Positions 23,555 to 33,364 of a stretch of 64,000 nucleotides of DNA are shown in pieces (within the stretch, counting starts at the first letter, position 1; every line of letters begins with the position of its first letter). The stretch is from Diadema antillarum. Its lineage: Eukaryota. The DNA is taken from positions 496,001 through 560,000 of the forward strand of contig NW_027272286.1 in assembly GCF_040938485.1 (NCBI RefSeq), in the 5' to 3' direction. The notes beneath the pieces are model-generated. The model was not told the origin of the DNA, ran no database searches, and saw only the letters and a program-made list of their open reading frames with translations. The position numbers and the translations under genes are program-made.

Positions 23555-23775
23555 CTGTATACGCCGAATATTTCGCGAGGTTTTTATTTTCGCGAATTTT
23601 GCGAGTCGGGTGCTATTCGCGAAATTAAAGACACGCGAAAATATTGACTCTGATATGCACATACATTTCTCCGTTCAGTACAGGACTCCACGATCGCGAA
23701 TTTAACCACTCACAAAATCATCGGGAATTCCCGATTCGCAAAAATTTAGACTCATGAAATATATGGCGTATACAG
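23555..23775. mobile_element. TA-flanked MITE, cgcgaa-rich family
   Basis: ta|ctgtatacgcc ... ggcgtatacag|ta. Confidence 0.75.
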
Positions 23776-23954
23776 TAGTATTAATATCTGTGCTTGTATT
23801 TTCATCTGTGATGCTACTAGGTTCATGTTATGTCAAGGGTCAAATTTATACCACATCTATCGCATTCTGTAATATCAGATTCATTCTGCACCCCCAGCAC
23901 TTTGTGGGAGGTGAATGCCTCTGATTGTTTCTAGAGATAAATGGTGCAATTTAA

Positions 23955-24174
23955 AGTGGATGGCTAGTAACTGATCAGTGGGAATGCTGGGGGATGATTG
24001 TTCCAATCCTTGTAAGATTCATTTAAGAGTACAGTATATGCATGTACAATCATTGTTGTGTGAAAAGTATTTGCTTCAGAATGGTCTCATATTCAAGTAA
24101 TGTGCAGTTTAATGTTTCCAGGTTAGCATGCCTGTACAGTGATGGGGCGATCGTTAACGATCGCCCCGTCACTG
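23955..24174. mobile_element. Half copy of the same palindromic MITE with central hairpin
   Basis: Matches the left arm and spacer of 7506-7863, then cagtgatggggcgatcgttaacgatcgccccgtcactg. Confidence 0.75.
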
Positions 24175-24664
24175 TGTGTAGGTCACTGTGTGTAGGTCAG
24201 ATGTATCACAAAACATACTACACTGTACATGTACATGTACCATGTAAAGATCTAGCAATAAAAACCTAAAATATAAGGAGATATCACTATTTTTTTCATT
24301 AACCAGTTTAGTCTAGAAACATTCATATTAAAACTGTTGTTCACATTTTGGATTTTTGACAATACTTTACACTGATTATACTGATTCAATTTTTACATTG
24401 GTTGTTTCTATCCCTGACTCACATTTTAGAACTATTTTGAAGCACTAAAGCTGAGTTTTTTGTTTTGTCTGCAAATAGTAAAAAATGCCTTTAAATAGTG
24501 TCGTAATTGCGTCTTAACAGATTAAAAGCAAAAAAAAATGTATGGCTACAAAAAGACATCAGTAGATTGGCCGACGACAAACACTGATCTGATGCTGATT
24601 GATGTAGATATTTGTCAGTGAAATTATTTTTGTCCAAAAACTCTTGTTTTGTTTTGCCTTGCAG

Positions 24665-24803
24665 ACAGTACAACGTCTGCGAGTGTTCCGAGTCTCGTGA
24701 CCACGCACAGCAGCCAGGCCCTGCCTTCCCTCGCCACGGTAACGCAAGGCCTGATGGGAAGCACGGCCAACCAACTGAGCCTTTCAGGCCAGCATGCAGC
24801 ACG
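24665..24803 (+). CDS. POU6F2: POU6 coding exon
   Basis: ttgcag| ... |gtacat; (N)STTSASVPSLVTTHSSQALPSLATVTQGLMGSTANQLSLSGQHAA(R); 139 nt, phase 1/2. Confidence 0.8.
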
Positions 24804-25438
24804 GTACATTCTTTTCCCCCAACCCCAACCCCCTACCCCCACTTGAAGCAATTTATCCATTCTGTTTCTTTTTACTTCAAAATATGAATGCAAAATTGAT
24901 CAAAGATGTCTGTATAGACAAGTCTTTAGACACTAATGTGTGCATATGTATGCACAGATGCACATGCAAGTATATCATTCAGTATGATACAGTGTATATT
25001 CATGTATGTTTACTGTATCCAGTACCCTGATAAATGTATACTGAATACATCCATTTGCTGTATGAAGTGAGATTCATATTTCAAACAAGTACAGTGTATT
25101 TGTACATTTTGTCTTTGGCTGAAAACAATCATAACCTCTTTGGCTTTCCTAGTATTCCATGAGAAAGTTTTAAAAGTTCTACATGTATGTTTGCAGGGAT
25201 AGGGGTGCATGCATTAGGCATCTAATTTCTGAATGAGTATTACTAAAAGAAACAGGAAACTTGTACATATTACATTAGTGGGTCTTCTACATTCGAAAAG
25301 AGAGTCAGTTCGCCTAAAGAAAGGCAGAGGCTGTATTGCAAATGTTGCATTGATCTATTTCAATTTTAATCTCTCTCTTTCTCTCTCATGACCTCTGTTT
25401 GACCTCTCAAACTCTCTCGAACTCTCTCCCCCATCCAG

Positions 25439-25560
25439 GTCAGTGCTGGTGTCACAACCGACCACCACCTCTAACCCCACTGCCCCTCTCCTCGCGGCAC
25501 AGAAGCTGAGCACCACGTCATCAGCCGCCGCCCAAGCCCTCTCACTACAGGGACTGGCAG
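25439..25560 (+). CDS. POU6F2: POU6 coding exon
   Basis: atccag| ... |gtacta; SVLVSQPTTTSNPTAPLLAAQKLSTTSSAAAQALSLQGLA; 122 nt, phase 2/1. Confidence 0.8.
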
Positions 25561-25800
25561 GTACTACTCACAGCGTTCCTCCCTCGAGCTCCAGCCACAA
25601 GGAAGAACTCATTGTTCATGTTTGAATGTGATAAAGGGAGGAGAAACGAATGAGACAGAACTGTGACAGTTTCGTTAGAATTGTGCAAAGTGTAGAGAAA
25701 GTTATGGCATGCTACAGTTTCATATATACTTCCACCTCGTGGTGCTGTTGATCAGTCAGTGCTCTTGCACTTTGAAATGAAGAGTTGCAGCAAATTTTAA

Positions 25801-25885
25801 CCCGTTGAGGACGAGTCTCAAGAGTACCCGGGCAAGCATCTATGGGAAATGTGTGTTGTAGCAAAATTGAACCATCCTCAATGGG
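25801..25885 (+). mobile_element. piggyBac-type MITE (copy 5)
   Basis: ttaa|cccgttgaggac ... atcctcaatggg|ttaa. Confidence 0.8.
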
Positions 25886-25957
25886 TTAAGTGGGTGAGAA
25901 TGAAGTATGAAGGAGGAATTCTTTATGGTGGTACAACCTTTGTATGTGTGATTGTAT

Positions 25958-26148
25958 GTGAAATGGATTGATTTTGATTTTGAGATCACCCTGTGAAATA
26001 GATTGATTTGATTTTGAAATCTTGTGAAATAGATTGATTTTGATTTTGAGATCACATGAAATAGATTGATTTGATTTTGGGATCATGACATGAAATGGAT
26101 TGATTTTGACTGTGAGATCATGACGTCAAATGATTGATTTTGATTTTA
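25958..26148. repeat. ~30-bp minisatellite (tgaaatRgattgattttgattttgagatca), 6-7 copies
   Basis: Direct reading; ends about 30 nt before the POU6 acceptor at 26177. Confidence 0.8.
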
Positions 26149-26177
26149 CAATATCTTTGTTGTCCTTTCCCCCCCAG

Positions 26178-26420
26178 CCGGGCTGAACACGGCACAAGGC
26201 ACCGTCATATCTCACATAGCGGCGGCCCAGGGCTCTCAGAGCAGCATCGCCCAGATCCTGCCCAGCCAGCTGGTGCGGAGCTCTGTGGTCTCCAGCCAGT
26301 CCGCGGCGGCCCCCGTCGGGGTCACGCAGGTCGGGGGTCAGCCGGGCCACCAGGTCGTCGTCTCCACGACGACGGCAACGACGGGCGGCAACCACGTGGC
26401 CGGAGGGTTGGCGAGCCCAG
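26178..26420 (+). CDS. POU6F2: POU6 coding exon
   Basis: ccccag| ... |gtaaag; GLNTAQGTVISHIAAAQG...GGLASP; 243 nt, phase 1/1; GC-rich. Confidence 0.85.
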
Positions 26421-27665
26421 GTAAAGGTACTGTCCGGGCTCCATTACTTGGGATGGGGCTTCACGATTTTTACCAAACTCAATGCGACGCAAATTTCGAC
26501 AAACAAACGAAACAATCAAACAATTGATAATTAACTAGAGAGGAAAGAAGTGAAATTATGCTTTCGGAAAATTTAGTTTGTGTCTCCCACCCACTGACAA
26601 ATTTTTTGTTTGCTGTCCGCGATAGATTCCTTCAACTGACCACCCTAACAAATGGACATTTGTGTCCCTTTCACGTCAGCAGTGTCGCGTGTCTCCATTC
26701 CGGACTGACGACACCGAAATCAAAGTGTCCTCCTCCCCTTCTTGCATGGCTTGACGCACTAACACTGGGTTTATTAACCCCCTTCTGCTCCCACTTACCA
26801 CCTACTCCGCACAGCCAGTCGACCCTCCTTCACACAGTTTTGCAGCAATATTTGGCACTTGTGAAACAGGCTCTGATCTCAATTGACTCTAGTCATTGTA
26901 CTTTTGCCCCTCAAAGAAATCAAACATCAAACTTTTATGGAAGTTACCACTAAGTTGTAATGCTAAACATCTACCAAGTCACAAGCATGTGGCAGCAAGA
27001 AGATAATTGATTTCATCATTACTGCAATTCAAGTAATGAACTTTAGTCCTGATTCTCTAGTCAACCTTGTGCATCTAGGCAGATCATCTTAAAATTTTAC
27101 TCTCTTCTTACGGGTCAGATTCATGAAAATGATTGGGTTTATTCTATTTCGATTGCTACTGGAATTACAGTTAACATGACAGGAGTAACTCCAGCCTTAA
27201 TGCACAGAATATCTCTGCACTTGTCTCATCCACATTTCGATTGAAAATCTACTGCAAAATTAAGATAATACAAATTTTTATGCAACCGAAATACAGTGAA
27301 GATCAAATCATGACATGTTAAGTCAGAGATATGTGGTTTAATGTCCCTCCTGCCCCACAAGAAATCCAGTGTTAACTGTCCAAGCCATGCCTCCCAAATG
27401 CAGCAAAGCCCAGAAGTCCCCATCCCAAAAATACCCTACATACAACTACGGAGCCAGGTTGATGTTGTGTACATGTCTTTAGCATCTGTGTCAGTATATG
27501 TGTGTGTGTGTCTGTCTCATGCATGAGATTAACTCTATGCAATGCATATATTTCATGAATGCTCGTATATTGTGCTTGTTTTGTGTAGACATGATTTGAT
27601 GTGGTGCATGTTTTCAACAGTGAGAGTGTGGCCCGAGAAGACGCAAGTGTGCTTTGTAGTAATTA

Positions 27666-27887
27666 CTGTTTTACGCTGTTATTTTCGCGTACAGATATTT
27701 TCGCGATTGATGAGGTTGTAGACATTTTCGCGACATGTTGTTTTTGCGAATCGACGCCGATGCTTACGTTAATGCTCTGTTAACAAAGCGCATGGAGACA
27801 ATTTTGTGTGTTGTTAAATTTGCGATCCAACTGTGATTCGCGAAATTCGCGAAAATTAAACCCTCGCGAAAATAACTGCTTATACAG
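27666..27887. mobile_element. TA-flanked MITE, cgcgaa-rich family
   Basis: ta|ctgttttacgc ... gcttatacag|ta; repeated ttcgcgaa motifs. Confidence 0.65.
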
Positions 27888-30767
27888 TACCATAGAGATT
27901 CTTGTGATAGGAAAGCTGACATTTGAGATGCAACTGTGACCACATTCAGGCTTTTGTGTAGCCGTTTCTAGACCTTGATATAGGTCATATTTTTGTGTTG
28001 TTCCGTGCTTCATTAGATTTAACACCCAACCCATGAAGGAAAGTTGTAATGACTAATATTTCCCTCTTTAGTGAGCCTTTTGTTGTCTGTCCATTTAAAT
28101 AGTAATAATTTTTGTCTCTTTTTTTTGAAGGACACCTCACTGAGAGAAATTGATTAAGAAAAAGAAAATAAAGTCAATCTATGTCATCTACTGAGTTGTA
28201 AACTTTGTTATGATATGAACACATCAAAAGAGCAACCAGATATATGAATATCAAATTCCTATTCATTTATGTCAATGTTTTATCACTTTGTTTATCCCCA
28301 TCTGCTTTTGAATATGGATAAATTCAGCTCTTGTCCTACTAAAACACAAAATGTGATGCCAGCAACAACAAAAACAACGAATGAAATTGTCATTTTGTTC
28401 CGTGCATACAATTTGTATATATACATACCAGTGCTTTTAAGTCTGCATTCAGTTCCTTTGCTTCAATTTATTAGTCCCTTAATTTAAGTTTTAAGTGATA
28501 CAAGCACATGTAGCATTTATACCTGTGCAGTAAGTCTGTCTGTCTCTTTGAGCACTAAAATCACTGTAGAAGTACTTCTGTGGATAGTAGAATATTGTCA
28601 ATATGCCACCTTGTGAAGCTGTCAAAACATCTGTGTTTGTCATTCTGATTACCTTTGCACTGAGAACTATAAGCACAAAGTCATGTGTCTATTTCCACCT
28701 GTCAAATTTCTATACCTGAATCTCCCAAAATGGTATGTTTTTAAATGAAAGTTCGGTCATGTTTGTGATGTGATCAGTCCTCAGTAGCTGATTATACTTC
28801 TTGTAAAAGAAGAAGGAAGATTGGTGAAGTGGTTTAAATGATGAAGATAGATGTTTTAACCATTAGAATAGTGTGCTGTGAGTGCTGATAAACATGCACA
28901 ATCCACAGTCCCTGGCACACAAATGGGTTCGGGAGAAAATTCATCCCAGTTAGGCTCTCAGTTCCTTATTCTGAATGATTTGCTAACAACCAGAGTCTTT
29001 AAGTCAGGTTGATAGTTTGACGAGGATTGGGCACACTCACTATGACAAGTAGAAGACATTTCAGCTGTACATGCAGTTGTAAGTTTTTGCATACAGACCT
29101 GTGCATGGATTAGACACAGCTCCATTCAGTGTTCTTTTTGCTCCCCCCCCCCTCCCTTCCTCCTCCTCTTCTTCTTATTCATTATCTTCATAATGGCTAT
29201 CATTGTCTTCTTCCATTTTCGTCCTCTTTCTGCTTTTTTTTTTATTGCAATAGATACTAGTTATATAAAAAGAAATTAGTTAGATATATCATTTTGTTGA
29301 GTGATTTGATTTCAGCAGGATTTGTTTGAGTTGAAAAGGTTGAAAATAGAGGCCAAATATGGAAATTTTAGAGTTAACACACAGTCAGCAGCACATGCAC
29401 TCCAATTTACTTGATGCTGTCAATTCACATTTCTCAATTTGCACAGATTAAGTTATGAAGAGCGCCACCTGTGGCTCTAGGGGAAAAGGTGTACTGCTGG
29501 AATTTCTTTGATATCTCAAAAATTTGATAACAAAGTACTGAAATGTAATTTCATCAGACTGGCTGCAAAGTGCTTAGTATGACCGGATCCCATCATTTCA
29601 GCAGAGCCAAATTCTGGCAACGGTCAGAGGTCGGCTTCCAAATTTAGCAGTACATTGTAGTTTTTTATTCAAGCAAACTATTTGAAGAAGTTTGTATGTG
29701 GAATAGTAGTGTGACAGGGCAGTTGACTGACTAGATTATGGGCAAGGTGTAGGCTTAGTCATTTAAATGTACAAGGTGTAACATGAAAAGATCGGCATGC
29801 AGGCGATGATTGAATTATTGTCCTCATACCATTTATTTTTCCTCCTCTTCTTGAAGTGGCATGTGGGATATACAACAAGGAGATAAGGGCAGTTTTGTGA
29901 GGAAGAATAGATTGAGAATGTCAAAGGGTTCAGAAGTCATTGGAAGGAGAAAGATGAGCGAGAAAGGAGGGAGGAGAGGGGGAAGGAGAAGATTGGGAAA
30001 TCAAGGGGATAAGAGAGAGAAGTGATGAAGAGATGAAATTCAGAACAATGCATCATGAAACAAAGAGAGAAAGAATGGAATTGGTATAGAGATAAAGAAT
30101 CTGAATGAATAAGAGATAGAAAATCTGAATGAGGAGTCAAAATGTGTGAAAGGTGAGAAAGGGGGGTGGATGATCCTGGGAAGAACTCCGGAGGGGGTGG
30201 GGGGGGGGGGGAATTGAGAGAGAGGAAGAATAATTTTTTCAATTTTATTTTTAGAGTCCTGAAAAGGACTCCTCTGGAAGTGGGAATGTGGGAGAGAAGA
30301 CAATAAAATTAAAAAAAATATATAGTCCTGAATGGGGAAGAAGAATTGAGAAAATTTGAGAACTAGTTCCCGTAAATAAGTGTGAAGTGGTGAGAGAAGG
30401 TTCTGAATGGGACTGTTGGGTTTTGAGGAAAGTAGGAAATACATGTACAAAAGAAGAAGGAGAGAGGTAGGTCGAAGAGAAGTTAGACTGTAGGATAAGA
30501 GAGAGAATCCTGAAAGAAATCTTCCTTCTCCCTCTGACCTCCGAGCCATTTACCTGATTCTCACTCTGTTCTTACCTACAACTACAAAAATGTACGTATG
30601 TATCCCTATCTACTATTCTCTTGTCTCCATTGGTGCAACCTCAACTTCCAGATCACCCCTGCCCTCCTACTATCACTTTTTGCCTTCCTTACACTCTCCC
30701 TATGTCGCTTCCCTCCTCCACTCTTCTCTTTCTAGGGTCTTCTTTTGCCAAAGAGCAGTCCTTTTAA

Positions 30768-31190
30768 AGGTGCATGGTCCCGGTGGTTAAGTCAAAGGCG
30801 TATGCGAGCGCACGGCGCAAGTTTCCTATAGAGACCTACGCTATCGACTCCTCTTTAGTGCTTACGCTGTGGCCCATTTCCCCTGAGTCCGAAGAAGTCC
30901 GATCCACTGTAGTCATTGGTTCGATCACAGTTCGGCTCATGATTCGGCTGAGGGGGATGACAGCTTTAGCAAACTTCTTTTGTGATGTCATAAGAAGCAC
31001 ATATGCACGCACCCTGGCATTACTACAGACTGCGTGATGCGCAGAGAAGACAATGAAGGCAACGTTACTTAGCAACACCTACGTGCTTTACTCTTGATGA
31101 CAGCTCAACTTCGGCAATCTTTGCATCAATGCTAACGGTAATCGGCAGTATCATCAACAGCGCCCTCTTCACTACCGGGACTATGCGCCT
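30768..31190. mobile_element. Kolobok-type MITE
   Basis: ttaa|aggtgcatggtcccggt ... accgggactatgcgcct|tgaa. Confidence 0.7.
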
Positions 31191-31330
31191 TGAATGACTA
31201 CACACGCATGGTGTTACTGTACTTCATATCTCTTTCCCTCATTTACATCACCATGCAAACTTTAAAACAAGACAGGAGGCAATACAGTGTATAAGTATGT
31301 GAAAATTCAACTTCTGTGAACTACACCATG

Positions 31331-31633
31331 CAGAGACTCCAACCCGAAGCACCTTCTGATCGGGAGATTCTCCCGCCTGAAACCCCTAGCAAACGGGAGA
31401 CTCCAAGTTTATGTGTGCGAAGTGCGAAGTTCCTAGGGTTACAGATGCTCTCTGGTGCTATCTAAGGCTTATTCTTGCAACATACGATAGCAATAAGTGA
31501 GAAATACTTTCCAACGGGAGACATTGAGCCAGGGCGGGAGAAATTAAATCTCAAACGGGAGAACGGGAGATTTTGCAAAATTGGGTTTTCGGCGGGAGAT
31601 CTCCCGTCGAAAACGGGAGAGTTGGAGTCTCTG
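31331..31633 (+). mobile_element. MITE with CAGAGACTCCAAC TIRs (hAT-like)
   Basis: Perfect 13-bp TIR, many cgggag subterminal motifs, flanked by caccatg direct repeat. Confidence 0.8.
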
Positions 31634-32115
31634 CACCATGATGTATACAGTATGCATATATCTGTCAATCTGTCATTGCCATCTCTCTCTATCTAGCTAT
31701 TTTGTCTTTCTGTCAATCTCCCAACCTTTCTCTATATTCTGCCCTTCATATATTATATACTTTGTTGTTGTCATTCATGATTGGTTCGTTGGTGACTAGT
31801 TGTTTGTGCCCATGACTTTGTTTTCATTTCTTGTTAGTTCTTGGGGTTTTTTGTTTTGTTTTGTTTTGTTTGTTTTTGCTGTTCTTTCTTCTTTTTTTTG
31901 CTGTAGTGTGACAAGAAGACAGCTGCTTTCATATTCAACTCATAATATATTGAGCTGCAGCTCTGTAGTGAAATTGTTTCCTCTGTCTCCATACATGTAG
32001 GTCTGTATTTTCAATAACTTTGTAGCAATATTTAGTGGTAGGTAAAAAAGCTGCTAATGGAATTATCATCTCTATGGTGTTGTCTGTCTGTCTCCCTCTT
32101 GTGACCCGGCTGCAG

Positions 32116-32287
32116 TAAGTAACATGGGCAACGCGGCCGAAGTGGACGGCATCAACTTGGAGGAGATCAAGGAGTTTGCCAAGGCCTTCAAGATCCGACG
32201 GCTCTCCCTGGGCCTCACCCAGACCCAGGTGGGCCAGGCCCTGAGCCAGTCCGAGGGCCCCGCCTACAGCCAGTCGGCCATCTGCAG
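32116..32287 (+). CDS. POU6F2: POU6 exon encoding most of the POU-specific domain
   Basis: (V)SNMGNAAEVDGINLEEIKEFAKAFKIRRLSLGLTQTQVGQALSQSEGPAYSQSAIC(R), near-identical to the vertebrate POU6F1/POU6F2 POU-S domain; ctgcag| ... |gtagag; phase 1/2. Confidence 0.97.
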
Positions 32288-32964
32288 GTAGAGTATCAAC
32301 CTATTGAGAGTATTGAGTTATCATATAGTGATAATGAAATTGATTCTGTCTGCCCCAGCAGAAGGGCCCTAACGTGAAATTTCAACCCCCAAAATGGGAT
32401 TTTGGTTTGCGACATTATTTGACAGTTTGGAAGCTCTTTCATATAATGTAACCATCATTTTGTGTGTGTGTGTGTGTGATTTTGTGGGCACACTAGCCCT
32501 AGGGCCCATCACTAGACCCATCTAGTCTTTCTTCAATCTAGAGTGTGCAGCAAAACTCAATGGTGCAAGTCTAAATATAACAAGGTGACCGTTTCTGCAA
32601 AAGCATTTCAATAGCTCAGAATTGGATAGGGTGAAGAACTTTTCTCTTAGAGGCAACTTGAAGACTCTTAAAGATTGAACATGGTGCAAAAGATTGATAA
32701 ATTTGTTCTTATTTCTCAAATGTTGGAGAAAGGCAGCCACTTGAGTTCAGGAAATTGGCTGGTGTTGTTAGCTGTGAAATCAGAATTCATTATCATGTTT
32801 GGCCTCTTATTTTTTGAAGTTCAAAGAATTTTGTATTTGGTTAGCGTTACTTGAGACCCATCTCATTGTGTTCACTGCCCTTCCTTGAAATATACGTTGG
32901 ATATTGATGGTTGAACAGGATATGTCATAAGCGTGTTTGATACCTTTTTTTTCACAAATGGTAG

Positions 32965-33364
32965 GTTTGAGAAGCTGGACATCACGCCGAAGAGTGCGCA
33001 GAAGATCAAGCCGGTCCTGGAGCGGTGGATGGCGGAGGCGGAGGAGCGGCACAAAAACGGCCTTAACCAGCTCACCGACTTCATCGGCAGCGAGCCTGTG
33101 AAGAAGCGCAAGCGGCGCACGTCCTTCACGCCCCAGGCCCTGGAGTACCTCAGCCGCCACTTCGAGAAGAACACGCACCCGACAGGCGCCGAGATGACGG
33201 CGCTAGCCCAGGAGCTGAACTATGACCGGGAGGTGATCCGCGTCTGGTTCTGCAACAAGCGCCAGGCGCTCAAGAACACAATCAAGAAGTTGAAGGCTGC
33301 CGAGGCGACGATAAACAACAACGCGGAGGACTCTGAGTCCGCCGTGAGTCCGGAGCATGTGTAG
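32965..33364 (+). CDS. POU6F2: POU6 last coding exon: end of POU-S, linker, POU homeodomain, stop
   Basis: FEKLDITPKSAQKIKPVLERWMAEAEE...KKRKRRTSFTPQALE...EVIRVWFCNKRQALKN is diagnostic of class VI POU. The single invertebrate gene is co-orthologous to POU6F1/F2. TAG at 33362-33364. Confidence 0.97.

Noticed and set aside
30774-31078. Overlapping ORFs of 87 and 80 aa in a GC-rich patch
   Set aside because: They fall inside the Kolobok-type MITE 30768-31190 and show no transposase motifs.
32932-32964. Upstream in-frame AG (32930-32931) that would insert 11 aa into the POU-specific domain, reminiscent of the POU6F2 alternative insertion at the same CR|FEK junction
   Set aside because: The T-rich tract lies downstream of this AG and serves the canonical site at 32964. 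The inserted peptide (SVFDTFFFTNG) is just translated polypyrimidine tract.
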